Under the pieces are notes generated by a model, which saw nothing but the letters and a program-made list of their open reading frames with translations, was not told where the DNA came from and ran no database searches. The position numbers were made by a program, and so were the translations under genes. A stretch of DNA of 64,000 bases from an uncultured Victivallales bacterium (GTDB lineage Bacteria; Verrucomicrobiota; Lentisphaeria; Victivallales; UBA1829), in contig CALXSJ010000011.1 in assembly GCA_944391115.1 (NCBI GenBank), positions 26,143 to 90,142 of the forward strand. Direction: 5' to 3'. The first letter of the stretch is position 1. Each line of letters opens with the position of its first letter. Positions 38,356-48,379 of this stretch are shown piece after piece.

Positions 38356-39636
38356 ATGGAACAGTGTGAAACGGTCCGGATCGGAATGATCGGATTGGGG
38401 CCCCGTACGGAGACGCTTCTTGCGTCAATTTTCGCTCTGGCGGGAAACGGCGAAGTGAAAGTGACAGCTGTCTGCGATCTGATAGACGAGCGAATTGCGA
38501 AGATTCTGGGGATTCTTGAGAGTCACGGCGCGGAAAAGCCCGCCGTCTACAAGGATTATCATGAACTGATCGCGGACCGGAATGTGGACGCAGTGCTTGT
38601 CCCCACGTCCTGGAATTCGCATCTCCCGATTGCCTGCGATGCGATGCGGATGGGAAAATATGTCGGAATTGAAGTCGGCGGAGCGGCTTCCGTCGAGGAA
38701 CTCTGGCAGCTGGTGCATGCCTCCGAGTCGACCGGGGTTTCCTGCATGATGCTGGAGAACTGCTGCTACGGACGGAACGAACTGCTGGTTCTGAACATGG
38801 TCCGCCGCGGCATGTTCGGAGAGCTGATTCACTGCGCCTGCGGCTATGAACACGATCTGAGCGAAATGGCCTGCACTGTGGAATCCGGACATGAGCGCGC
38901 GATTCACAATCTGCGGCGCAATGCCGATCTGTATCCGACGCACGGGCTCGGTCCCATCGCGAAGATTCTGCGGATCAACCGCGGAAACCGCTTTCTCAGC
39001 CTGACGTCAACCGCTTCCAAGGCACGCGGCTTCGCCTGCTTTGCCGAGGAAAAGGGCTGGAAGGGAACCCAGGGAAACCGTGTGTTCAATGAAGGCGATG
39101 TGATTACAACGGTCATCCGCTGCGCGAATGGTGAAACAATCACCATGACTCACAGCGTTTCTCTGCCAAGGCCCTATTCCCGGGACGGAAGGGTGCAGGG
39201 TACCAAGGGGATCTGGATGGAGGACACTGGCGGAATTTATGTCCATGGAATCAGTCCCTGCTATGAAAAACTTGACGTCGCCGGCAATCCTTATCTGGTG
39301 CACGAGTGGAACAAAACCTCCGATTTCTATGAAGAATACGATCACCCGATCTGGAAGGAATACCGGGACAATCCTGTCGGGGGGCACGGCGGCATGGATT
39401 CGCTGGCGCTCCGGGCGTTTTTCGACGCCGTGCGCAGACGCTCCGTGACGCCGATCGACGTTTACGACTGTGCCGCCTGGATGAGTGTGACATGCCTGTC
39501 GGAGCAGTCGATTGCGACCGGAAGCATGCCAGTTGCCTTTCCCGACTTTACGAACGGAAAATGGATCAGCCGCCGTCCGGAAATTCCGAACCGCTGGTCG
39601 CTGAATGAAATTTACGGGGAATGTTTCCAGTCCTGA
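38356..39636 (+). CDS. Gfo/Idh/MocA-family NAD-dependent enzyme, GH109-like (alpha-N-acetylgalactosaminidase-like)
   Basis: Rossmann start VRIGMIGLGPR. The block CMMLENCCYGRNELLVLNMVRRGMFGELIHCACGYEHDL closely mirrors what I recall of GH109 enzymes. No signal or Tat peptide. Confidence 0.8.
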   Translation: MEQCETVRIGMIGLGPRTETLLASIFALAGNGEVKVTAVCDLIDERIAKILGILESHGAEKPAVYKDYHELIADRNVDAVLVPTSWNSHLPIACDAMRMGKYVGIEVGGAASVEELWQLVHASESTGVSCMMLENCCYGRNELLVLNMVRRGMFGELIHCACGYEHDLSEMACTVESGHERAIHNLRRNADLYPTHGLGPIAKILRINRGNRFLSLTSTASKARGFACFAEEKGWKGTQGNRVFNEGDVITTVIRCANGETITMTHSVSLPRPYSRDGRVQGTKGIWMEDTGGIYVHGISPCYEKLDVAGNPYLVHEWNKTSDFYEEYDHPIWKEYRDNPVGGHGGMDSLALRAFFDAVRRRSVTPIDVYDCAAWMSVTCLSEQSIATGSMPVAFPDFTNGKWISRRPEIPNRWSLNEIYGECFQS

Positions 39637-40019
39637 ACTGACCGCGGGGGGGAGGAGCTTTTCCGCCGGAAGCGGAATCCTGTATCCCATGGGCGGCATT
39701 GCCGCTGCCGTCTCGGAAAGATATCGTGAGATGGATTCCGCGGCGGCGTTTCTGCATTCATGAAGGGAAGTTTTCCCGTATCTCCGGGGCGGGATTTTGA
39801 ATGCCGGGCGTCTTGCAGTCCGCCGGAAGGGGACGGCAAAGGTTTCAAGGAAGGAATATCGGGCGTTCCGGACTTCTCAGGAAATTGCCGGAAGCAGGAA
39901 TCCTTCGCGGAAACGTTCCCCGCCACAGGCCGGATGGATGGAGGCGGCAGCTTCCGGGAATTTCATCCTTGAATCTTGTGCGTTCCGCGGTGCGCGGCTG
40001 CGCGTCGGCTTCCGGCGGA

Positions 40020-40997
40020 TTATTCGTCCCCGAGGAATTTTCCCCGCGAGATGTAATTCCGGATGTAGTCCGCAACCGTATCTTCCAGCGGCGTGACCTG
40101 ATCCGTATAACCCGCTTCCCGGATTTTCGTGATGTCCGCGCAGGTGTAATACTGATACTTCCCGCGCAGATGAAGCGGCATTTCGATGTATTCGATATTC
40201 ACAGGCTTGTCCATGGCCTTGAAAACCGCCGTTGCAAGCGAGTTCCAGGTTTCCGCCCGTCCGCTTCCGATGTTGTAAATGCCGCGGCAGCGGTTTTCCA
40301 GCAGGAACATCACCATCTTGACGGCGTCTTTCACATAGATGAAATCCCGTTTCTGTTCGCCGTCCGCGTACTCCGCGCGGTAGGATTTGAAGAGTCCGAC
40401 CTTGCCGGTGTCCCGGATCTGTTCATAAGCGCGGCAGACCACGCTGCGCATTTCCGCTTTATGGAGTTCATTCGGTCCGAAGACGTTTGTATATTTCACA
40501 CCGGTGATTTTCGAGAGAAGTCCCTGGCGTCTGGCCCAGAGATCGAACATCTGCTTGGAATAGCCGTACATGTTCATCGGGCGCAGCTGTTCCAGATGTT
40601 CCTCGTCGTCGCGATAGCCCTGTTCTCCGTCCCCGTAAGTCGCAGCGCTGGATGCGTAGAGGAAACGCACATTGCGGGAGACGGAATAGAGCGCAAGCGT
40701 TTTTGTGTATTCGAAATTGTTTCCGATCAGGTAGGTTGCGTCCTTTTCGGTCGTCGAGGAACACGCACCCATATGGAGAATGCACTCCACGTCACGGGGG
40801 AGGGCGCCCGAGAGGAGACGTTCCAGGAACACGTCTTTTTCCATATAGTCCGCAAAGGAGAGCGCGCGCAGGTTTTTCCATTTTTCGGAGGTTCCGAGAT
40901 GATCCACCGCGAGGATGTCGCTGATTCCCATTTGATTCAGTTTCCAGATCAGAGCGCTTCCGATCAGACCCGCCGCACCTGTCACAATGTATTTCAT
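40020..40997 (-). CDS. hldD: ADP-glyceromanno-heptose 6-epimerase
   Basis: MKYIVTGAAGLIGSALIWKLNQMG..., the YGYSKQ catalytic motif, and a 325-aa SDR fold typical of HldD/RfaD. Confidence 0.88.
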   Translation of the reverse strand: MKYIVTGAAGLIGSALIWKLNQMGISDILAVDHLGTSEKWKNLRALSFADYMEKDVFLERLLSGALPRDVECILHMGACSSTTEKDATYLIGNNFEYTKTLALYSVSRNVRFLYASSAATYGDGEQGYRDDEEHLEQLRPMNMYGYSKQMFDLWARRQGLLSKITGVKYTNVFGPNELHKAEMRSVVCRAYEQIRDTGKVGLFKSYRAEYADGEQKRDFIYVKDAVKMVMFLLENRCRGIYNIGSGRAETWNSLATAVFKAMDKPVNIEYIEMPLHLRGKYQYYTCADITKIREAGYTDQVTPLEDTVADYIRNYISRGKFLGDE

Positions 40998-41022
40998 GGT
41001 GTTGTTCCTCCTTGTTTTCTGA

Positions 41023-41373
41023 TTACCAGTCGTAATAGACGGGGCCGCTGTCTCCTCCCCGCAGACTTTCCTGCAGGGCTTCGCTGCGTGATGTTCCGCC
41101 GTCGCGCCACGGGAAAATGCGTCCCTCGCTGCTGGTGTCGTTCAAGGGGCGCGAAACGTCGCGGAGTCTCGCCTTGCGTTTCGCCCGCTCGCTGCCGCTG
41201 AAATCCAGCTGATCGAGGAGGGAGCCCGTTTTTTTCTTTTCTTCCTTTTCCTGCGTGCTTTTCTTCGCTGTTGCAATATCCGCGAACGGATCCTCATCGG
41301 ACTTGCAGGATGCGAAGAGAAGCGGAAGCATACCGCAGAGGATTGCGAAACAAAGTTTTTTCTTCTTCATCAT
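41023..41373 (-). CDS. small lipoprotein, unknown function
   Basis: MMKKKKLCFAILCGMLPLLFASC lipobox, followed by a charged, low-complexity mature part. Confidence 0.6.
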   Translation of the reverse strand: MMKKKKLCFAILCGMLPLLFASCKSDEDPFADIATAKKSTQEKEEKKKTGSLLDQLDFSGSERAKRKARLRDVSRPLNDTSSEGRIFPWRDGGTSRSEALQESLRGGDSGPVYYDW

Positions 41374-41382
41374 TTTCTTCCC

Positions 41383-42813
41383 TCAGATATGGCGGATAAT
41401 CACCATGGTCTGGTCGTCTTCCTGGCCTTCCCCGTTCGGCGTTTCGGCGAATGTGTCCACCGTATTGATCACGTTGTAGATCAGATCCTCGGGAGAATCG
41501 CCCCGGAGACAGGATTCCTTGTAGAGTTCCGTCAGGCGTTTCACCCCGAAGTATTCTCCGGTTTTCGGCGAGGTCGCCTCGTTGACGCCGTCCGTGAACA
41601 TCAGCACGGACATGGTGGGCGTGAATTCCATATTGAAACAGTCGAAATCGGAAAGCTCGCTTGGCAGAATTCCCAGCGCGGAGCCGTCCGGATAGATCAC
41701 GCGGATATGTTCACGGACATAGACCAGGAGTTCCGTATGGCCGCCCCTTGCATATTCCAGAGTCATGTCATGACGGTTCAGCAGGCAGCATCCCAGGGTG
41801 ATGTAGCGTTCATCGCCCGTGTCGCGGTAGAGATTGTCGTTCAGTTCCAGAAGCAGGTCCTTGAGCGAGGTGAAGCGGTCGATGTTGGAGCGGATGAAGC
41901 TGCGCGTCATGAACATGATCATGCAGGCGGGCACTCCTTTTCCGCAGGCGTCTCCGATTACGATCAGAAGGCGGTCGTCGTCAATCTGGACGAAATCGTA
42001 AAAGTCGCCGCTGACCTCCTTCGAGGCGCGCGTGAACGCCTGCACGGAGAAACGCCCCCATACGGGGAAGCTTTTCGGGAGGAGTGATTTCTGCAGATTG
42101 CGCGCAAATTCCAGTTCCTGATTGATCCGCTGCTGTTCGCTTAAATGGGCGTATGCGGCGAGAATGTTCTGGGCCAGAACCACCTGGGTGGAGATGAACT
42201 TGAAGCGGGCCAGCTGGTCGGAAGTGAAGGCGACGGAGTCGCGCTCTCCGCTGTTGACCGCACACATGACGCCGCTCACAATGCCTTCGCTGACAAGCGG
42301 AACGGCCATCAGGCAGTCGATCGGAACGAGGGGATCCGCCAGATTCATCCGTTCGTCGTTCATCGCATCTTCCATGACGATATCCTGGTTTTTGGCCGCA
42401 ACCGTGCCCAGAATGCCTTCCCCGATCCGGATGCGCTCGCGCCGGAGCAGTTCCAGAATGTACTTGGGCTTCGTCATGACGTAATTCGAGGTTTTATGCA
42501 GCAGAGGGAAGGGGCCGGATACGCCGGCCGCGCGCAGCTGGTCGCCGTCACGCACGAAGATCCCGACGCTCTGTGCGTTGACCAGTTCCGCCACGTAGCG
42601 CGCCGTGACGTTCATCCAGTTGTCGAATTCGGCGCGCGTTTTCAGATTGCGGGAGAAGAGTGCGAGAAAATTGCTGATCTCCACGCTGTTGTGCATGGAG
42701 TCCCGCAGGCGCCGGCGCAGCAGGATGATCAGCCCTCTCTGGTAGACGCTGATCAGCGCCAGAATCAGAGCGGCCAGTCCAAGAAGCGCCAGAAGAAGTA
42801 AAGGAATTTTCAT
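41383..42813 (-). CDS. membrane-anchored GAF-domain PP2C/SpoIIE-family serine phosphatase (RsbU-like)
   Basis: N-terminal TM MKIPLLLLALLGLAALILALISV, a central GAF-like region, and a C-terminal SpoIIE block ...VSGDFYDF...VIGDACGKGVPA...DDQTMVII. Confidence 0.85.
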   Translation of the reverse strand: MKIPLLLLALLGLAALILALISVYQRGLIILLRRRLRDSMHNSVEISNFLALFSRNLKTRAEFDNWMNVTARYVAELVNAQSVGIFVRDGDQLRAAGVSGPFPLLHKTSNYVMTKPKYILELLRRERIRIGEGILGTVAAKNQDIVMEDAMNDERMNLADPLVPIDCLMAVPLVSEGIVSGVMCAVNSGERDSVAFTSDQLARFKFISTQVVLAQNILAAYAHLSEQQRINQELEFARNLQKSLLPKSFPVWGRFSVQAFTRASKEVSGDFYDFVQIDDDRLLIVIGDACGKGVPACMIMFMTRSFIRSNIDRFTSLKDLLLELNDNLYRDTGDERYITLGCCLLNRHDMTLEYARGGHTELLVYVREHIRVIYPDGSALGILPSELSDFDCFNMEFTPTMSVLMFTDGVNEATSPKTGEYFGVKRLTELYKESCLRGDSPEDLIYNVINTVDTFAETPNGEGQEDDQTMVIIRHI

Positions 42814-42925
42814 GAAACCCGTTCCGTTTTGTTTGCATTTGACGCAATCAAGCTTAACTTTATTGCATTTCGTGAAATTTTCAATCTGTTTTCATCAGGA
42901 TAATCGGGAAAATACGGGAGTTTTT

Positions 42926-43666
42926 ATGAAAAAAAAGCGTGCGGACGAGCTTTTGTATGAACACGGACACTGTGAAAGCCGTCAGGAGGCTGCTCTGCTG
43001 ATTATGGCCGGGAAAGTCAGAAGCTCCGCGGATTCCGTGGTTGCGAAGCCTTCGCAGGAGTTTCCTCCCGATACTGTGCTGCTGGTTGATTCCGGCGGGG
43101 AGTTTGTCAGCCGCGGCGCCGGCAAGCTGAAGAATGCGCTGGAACGCTTCGCGCCCGATCTCGCAGGACGGATTGCGGCGGATATCGGGGCGTCCACGGG
43201 CGGTTTCACTGATTTGATGCTTGCGCACGGCGCGGAAAAGGTTTATGCCGTGGATGTCGGGAAGGGACTGCTTCACTGGAAACTCCGCTCCGATCCGCGC
43301 GTGGTCTGCCTGGAGGGCGTCAATGCGCGTTCTCTCTCCGCTGCGGAAATCCCGGAAGTCGTGGATGTTCTCAGCATGGACGTCTCCTTTATTTCCGCGA
43401 CGAAGATTCTCTGTGCGGCGGACGGCGTCATGAAGAAAGGGGCTCTGGCTTTTCTTCTGGTGAAACCGCAGTTCGAGGCGCCGAAGCGGGATGTGCCTCC
43501 GGGAGGCGTCGTGACCGATCCCGCGGTCCGGAAAGCCGCGCTGGACACGGTTCTGGCATTTGTCTCCGGACATTTGGACTGGACGCTGCTGGATGTTTCC
43601 GATTCCCCGTTGAAAGGCCCGAAGGGAAATCTGGAATATGTCGCGGTTTTCCGCAAGAACTCCTGA
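42926..43666 (+). CDS. tlyA: TlyA-family rRNA (cytidine-2'-O)-methyltransferase
   Basis: S4-like N-terminus MKKKRADELLYEHGHCESRQEAALLIMAGKVR and FtsJ SAM motif DIGASTGGFTD. The ORF-track start at 42812 is rejected. Confidence 0.9.
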   Translation: MKKKRADELLYEHGHCESRQEAALLIMAGKVRSSADSVVAKPSQEFPPDTVLLVDSGGEFVSRGAGKLKNALERFAPDLAGRIAADIGASTGGFTDLMLAHGAEKVYAVDVGKGLLHWKLRSDPRVVCLEGVNARSLSAAEIPEVVDVLSMDVSFISATKILCAADGVMKKGALAFLLVKPQFEAPKRDVPPGGVVTDPAVRKAALDTVLAFVSGHLDWTLLDVSDSPLKGPKGNLEYVAVFRKNS

Positions 43667-43693
43667 CGGTGCATGCCGTGCAGTGTTTTTTTT
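43663..43693 (+). terminator. terminator candidate after tlyA
   Basis: Imperfect hairpin ctgacgg-tgcatg-ccgtgcag (one bulge) followed by T8 (43686-43693). Confidence 0.5.
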
Positions 43694-43812
43694 CTGCGGG
43701 CGGCATACAGGAAATCCTCCTGCGGAAAAAATCTGATTTCCGGCCCTGTCGGCTTTTGCGGGCAGGGCCGGAAACTGTCATAACGCGGCCGCGGATCCGC
43801 CGGCGTCGGCGC

Positions 43813-45081
43813 TTACCGGGAAACGATGCGCTTGACGTTCTTTTTCCCGGCTTTGACAATGACGGGGCCGCCGGAGAAATCCGCGGCTTTCACCGTGAAA
43901 TCCGGATCTGTGACGCGCTGGTCGTTCAGATAGGCGCCGCCGCCCAGAATCAGCCTGCGCGCCTCGCCGTTGGATTTGCAGAGTCCCGCTTCCACCATCA
44001 GTCTGGGGAACCAGAGCCCCTCTTCCGGAATGGCCAGTTCGACGGTCGGCAGATTGCCGAGTCCCGCCTCGCCGGTGTTGACCTTTGCAATGGCGCTGGT
44101 GGTCGGGATTTTGTTTTCCCTGTCGGCGAATCCGAATTTCGCGCCGGCGGCGAGATAGGCGTTCGCGGCCTCCTCTTCGCCGTGTGCAAGCGCGGTTGCC
44201 TCGAAGGCGAGGATTTCCTTGGCGCGGTTGATGGATGCCGCGCAGATATGATCGACTTCGTCAATCGGAAGTCCAGTGAAGTAGAGCATCAGTTTCCGGA
44301 CGTCCGCGTCATCGGTGTTGCGCCAGAACTGGTAGTAGTCGAAGACGCTGGTTTTCTCCTTGTCGAGCCAGACCGCGCCGCCGACGGATTTGCCGAACTT
44401 CTGCCCTGTGCTGCTGTTGATGAGAAGCGGCATCGTGATGCCGTGCACTTCCTGCTGGGAGAGACGGCGCACCAGTTCCGTGCCCGCCGTGATGTTGCCC
44501 CACTGATCCTGTCCGCCCATTTCGAGCTTGCATCCGAATTTCTTGTTGAGCATGTAGAAGTCGTATGCCTGAAGAATCATGTAGTTGAATTCCAGGAAGG
44601 AAAGCCCGGTTTCAAGGCGCATCCGCACGGATTCGGCGGTCAGCATCTTGTTGACGCTGAACCTGGACCCGATGTCGCGCAGAAAATCCAGGTAGAGCAT
44701 GCCGTTGAACCATTCGGCGTTGTTCACGAAAATCGCGCTGTCCTCGGAGATGAAGCGGGAGAGCTGTTTGCGGATGCACTCGGCATTGTGTGCGACGACT
44801 TCCTTGGACAGAATGACCCGCGCTTCGCTTTTTCCGGACGGATCGCCGATCTGTCCGGTCGCTCCGCCGACCATGACGATGGGCACGTGCCCCGCCTGCT
44901 GGAGGCGGCGCATCGCCATCACGGGAAGAAGGTGACCGACGTGAAGACTGTCGCCCGTGGGATCGAACCCCACGTAATAATAGACCTTTTCCTCAGACAG
45001 CATTTTTTTGATTGCATCTTCGGAAGTGTTCTGGTAAATGAACCCTCGGGCCTTCAGATCCTCAAACGGGCACGGCGACAT
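43813..45081 (-). CDS. tyrS: tyrosine--tRNA ligase
   Basis: HIGH motif (SLHVGHLLP), KMSKS-like KFGKS, and a C-terminal S4-like domain. Start at MSPCPFEDLKARGFIY (ATG at 45081). Confidence 0.95.
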   Translation of the reverse strand: MSPCPFEDLKARGFIYQNTSEDAIKKMLSEEKVYYYVGFDPTGDSLHVGHLLPVMAMRRLQQAGHVPIVMVGGATGQIGDPSGKSEARVILSKEVVAHNAECIRKQLSRFISEDSAIFVNNAEWFNGMLYLDFLRDIGSRFSVNKMLTAESVRMRLETGLSFLEFNYMILQAYDFYMLNKKFGCKLEMGGQDQWGNITAGTELVRRLSQQEVHGITMPLLINSSTGQKFGKSVGGAVWLDKEKTSVFDYYQFWRNTDDADVRKLMLYFTGLPIDEVDHICAASINRAKEILAFEATALAHGEEEAANAYLAAGAKFGFADRENKIPTTSAIAKVNTGEAGLGNLPTVELAIPEEGLWFPRLMVEAGLCKSNGEARRLILGGGAYLNDQRVTDPDFTVKAADFSGGPVIVKAGKKNVKRIVSR

Positions 45082-45220
45082 TGTTCTCACCTTTCCTCTA
45101 TGTTGTTTTATTGCCAGGGTGATGCGGAAATCGTTTAAGTTACCACCGGTTTGCGCGGATTGCAAGCGGGGCTCTTCTTTTTTTTATCAAAAATGCACGC
45201 CGCCGCATTCCGGAGGCGGT

Positions 45221-47791
45221 TCACGATTCCGGCAGGACAATCGCCGTCACTTTCCCTGGAACGGAGAGATAGTTCCGGATTGTCGCATTGACCTGTTTCA
45301 GGGTGAGGCGTCCGATTGCGCTGCGGGCGAGAGCCGCCGCCCGATATCCCTTTCCTGTGAATTCATCCGTGACCGCGGCGTTCAGACGCCGGGCGGGAGA
45401 CTGCATGGAGCTGTCCAGACGGAACAGGATCTGTGCTTTCGCGTCGGCAAACTCCTGCTCCGTCAGCCCCTCCGTTGCGACACGGCGGATTTCTTCCAGG
45501 ACGAGCTCCTCCAGTCTGGGGACGGATTCCGCATTGGTTCCCGCATAGTATGCGATGCACCCGGCATTGATGCCGGGCATATTGAGGCATCCCGTGTAAT
45601 AGGCCAGTCCGTTCCGGTTGCGGACGTTCTGGAAAAGCCGCGAGGACATGGACGAACTTGCGGTTTTCAGAATGTCAAGCGCATGCACGTCGCCGGAGAG
45701 TGCGTCCGGTCCCGGCATTCCGAGGAAAAGAACCGCCTGCGCCTTGTCCAGTTTCCGTTCTTTCCGGACCGCTTTTTCAGGATATTCCGGCGGCGGTGGC
45801 GGCGTGAGGCGGCGCCTGTTCCATTTGCAGGAGGAAAGGATCTCCTCTGCGGCCGCTGCCGCTTCCTTCTCCGTGAGGTCGCCTGCAATCCCGAAGACCG
45901 TCTGTTCCGCATTCAGGCAGAGCGTCCGGTAGACCGTATTCAGCTCGGAGGCTTTCACCGCGGCAATGTTCCGGATGATTTCCGCAAGCGGGATGCCGCA
46001 GGGATGTCCGGCAAAAAGCGTGCTTGTCAGCAGATCTTCGGCGAGTCCCTCCGGAGAACACTGCTTGACCTTGAGCTCTTCCAGAATTGCAGTGCGCTCC
46101 CGCTCCACCGCCTTTTCCGGGAAAAGCGGCGCGGACAGAATGGCACGAAGCAGTTTCACCGTCAGGGCGAGGCTTTCCTTCGGGCAGTTTACCGCGATGC
46201 GGACGGATGCCGCGCCCGCTGAGACAGAGAGGTCTATGGCATGGCTGTCGAGGATCGCGTCCAGCTCCTGTTCCGAATATTCGGCGCAGCCGGTGCACAG
46301 CGTCGCCGCAATGAGTTTTGTCGCGCCGCGCATGGCCGGTGTTTCATGGCAGGCTCCGCCGGGAAGCATCAGGAAGAGATCAACCAGCGGGAGGGCGGCG
46401 TCATGCAGATGGACCAGTCGCTGTCCCCCCTTCAGGGTTTTCATCGTCGGGCGTGCCGGAGAGGGCTTGCGGTATTTTGTTTTCTTTCCTTCCTCGCGGT
46501 TCTTCTGCGGAAGCATGTGAACCAGGGTTGCCCTGTCTGGATGAAAATACAGCTTTCCGACCCGGACGATGTCGTCCCGCGAGAGAGTCCGCATCGCCTC
46601 CAGATAGGCATCCGCGGCTTCGATGGCGCCTCCGTTCAAAACCGCATTTCCCGCAATCTGCGCAAGTCCCGTTTCCGTGCGCATGGCGCGGAGAAAGTCC
46701 GTAGTCTGCTGCGTGATTGTCCGTTCGAGTTCCTCGCGTTCCGGTCCTTTTTCCGTCAGGCCGTTCAGAATGCGGAAGATTTCCTCCGTCAGTTTTTCCC
46801 TGTTCTTTTCCAGACAGTTCGCAAAGACGCAGGAGATTCCTCCGGCGGGACCGGAAAGCAGGCAGGTTTCGATGTCAAGGGCAAGCTCCTTTTCGTTCTG
46901 GAGAATCCGGGTCAGGCGTGAGCTCATGCTGCCACCGAGGATGTCGCCGAACGCCTCGATTGCGGGAAGGTCGGAGTGCGGGGACGGGGGAATCCGCCAG
47001 CCGCAGACCGTGCGGGTCATGGGATCACGGAAGCGGACTGTGGTCTCCCGCTTTGCCATGACGTCCGGTTCCGCGGGGAAGGAGGGTTCGGAAAGATCGC
47101 CGGTTTTCCAGTCCGCCGTCCGGCAGTGCAGCTGCTCCATGACCTCGTCCGGATCAACCGCTCCCGCGATCACGTAAAAGGTTCTTCCCGGCGTATAGCG
47201 CGCAGCATGATACGCGCGCATCATGTCCCGCGTCACGGTTTCGATCTTCTCCCGGTAGCCGATGACCGGATGGCGGAAGGGGTGCACCTGAAACGCTTCC
47301 TGTACAAGCGTTTCGTAAAGAACGCTTTCCGGGGAGTCCTGATACATGGCGCATTCCCGCAGGATGACATCTTTTTCGGAACGGAATTTATCTTCGGGAA
47401 AACGCGGATTCCGCAGCATGTCGTCGAGCATCGAGATCCCTTTCCCGCAGCGGCGTGCGGGGAGGTTGATGTAGTAGACAGTGTGGGTTCTGGTCGTGTA
47501 GGCGTTCAGGCTGCCGCCGAGACGCGTCACCGTGTCGGCGACGGTGTTGGCCGGAAACTGCTTTGTCCCCTGAAACAGCATGTGCTCCAGAAAATGGGAG
47601 AGGCCGCATCCGAGATGCGTTCCTTCGTGAATGCTGCCGGTGGCGACCCAGGCCTGCACGGTGACGGTCGGGGCTTCGTATTTCGGAATGACGAAAACGC
47701 GCAGTCCGTTGTCGAAGCGTGCCGACCGGACTTTGCCGGCGAAGCGGGGAATAGGCGTTTTTTTCAAAGCGGAAGATCCTTTTTCATGCAA
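45221..47791 (-). CDS. M16-family (pitrilysin/insulinase-like) zinc peptidase, double-length
   Basis: The HFLEHMLFQGT (HxxEH) motif in the first half, followed by a second, non-catalytic M16 unit; 856 aa in total. Confidence 0.9.
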   Translation of the reverse strand: MHEKGSSALKKTPIPRFAGKVRSARFDNGLRVFVIPKYEAPTVTVQAWVATGSIHEGTHLGCGLSHFLEHMLFQGTKQFPANTVADTVTRLGGSLNAYTTRTHTVYYINLPARRCGKGISMLDDMLRNPRFPEDKFRSEKDVILRECAMYQDSPESVLYETLVQEAFQVHPFRHPVIGYREKIETVTRDMMRAYHAARYTPGRTFYVIAGAVDPDEVMEQLHCRTADWKTGDLSEPSFPAEPDVMAKRETTVRFRDPMTRTVCGWRIPPSPHSDLPAIEAFGDILGGSMSSRLTRILQNEKELALDIETCLLSGPAGGISCVFANCLEKNREKLTEEIFRILNGLTEKGPEREELERTITQQTTDFLRAMRTETGLAQIAGNAVLNGGAIEAADAYLEAMRTLSRDDIVRVGKLYFHPDRATLVHMLPQKNREEGKKTKYRKPSPARPTMKTLKGGQRLVHLHDAALPLVDLFLMLPGGACHETPAMRGATKLIAATLCTGCAEYSEQELDAILDSHAIDLSVSAGAASVRIAVNCPKESLALTVKLLRAILSAPLFPEKAVERERTAILEELKVKQCSPEGLAEDLLTSTLFAGHPCGIPLAEIIRNIAAVKASELNTVYRTLCLNAEQTVFGIAGDLTEKEAAAAAEEILSSCKWNRRRLTPPPPPEYPEKAVRKERKLDKAQAVLFLGMPGPDALSGDVHALDILKTASSSMSSRLFQNVRNRNGLAYYTGCLNMPGINAGCIAYYAGTNAESVPRLEELVLEEIRRVATEGLTEQEFADAKAQILFRLDSSMQSPARRLNAAVTDEFTGKGYRAAALARSAIGRLTLKQVNATIRNYLSVPGKVTAIVLPES

Positions 47792-48206
47792 TGAATGGCG
47801 GTTTTACGATCGGAATGCTCCGGGCCTCCTCCTCGAATTTCCTGCGGAGAAATCCGGGAATGTCGGGCATGCAGTTGAAGTCGGTCCGTGAATCCTCCGG
47901 ACTGGCGGAGAGCAGTTCCACGCGGATCATGTTGTAGACGATGTTGCCGATGTCCGGGCCTTCCGTGACGCCCCAGCTTTCCAGAACATCCGGAGCGAGC
48001 GGTCCGAACTGCTCCACGGCGTAGGCCAGCGCACCGTCCACCAGCTCCTGACCGGAAATGTGCCGGGAGCCGCGCGGATTTTTTTCGCGGTTGGTCCGCT
48101 TGATCGTATAGGTCACGGCGCCGCTGATGAATTCATAGGCGGACGCGTGGTAGCGCTTGTCGGTTTCGACGATTCTGCCAACCGCCTGTGTGAATTTTTC
48201 GTCCAT
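47784..48206 (-). CDS. Minf_1886-family protein (PVC-restricted, unknown function)
   Basis: ...YHASAYEFISGAVTYTIKR...RHISGQELVDGALAYAVEQFGPLAPDVLESWGVTEGPDIGNIVYNMIRVELL... matches my recollection of this family. GGAGG RBS before the ATG at 48206. The 3' end overlaps the M16 start by 8 nt. Confidence 0.65.
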   Translation of the reverse strand: MDEKFTQAVGRIVETDKRYHASAYEFISGAVTYTIKRTNREKNPRGSRHISGQELVDGALAYAVEQFGPLAPDVLESWGVTEGPDIGNIVYNMIRVELLSASPEDSRTDFNCMPDIPGFLRRKFEEEARSIPIVKPPFIA

Positions 48207-48379
48207 GATTTTCCGCCTCCGGCTCCCGTATCCCTGACGGTAATATACAGCGCGTTGGAGAAAAATCATTCCCTTTTTTCCTGAAACACGGAAAATTTTC
48301 GACTTGTTCATTGAAAAAACAGGGAAATGACGGTATCTTGTACGGTGCAATCTCAAAAAAGCGAAAGGAGATTCGGAAA

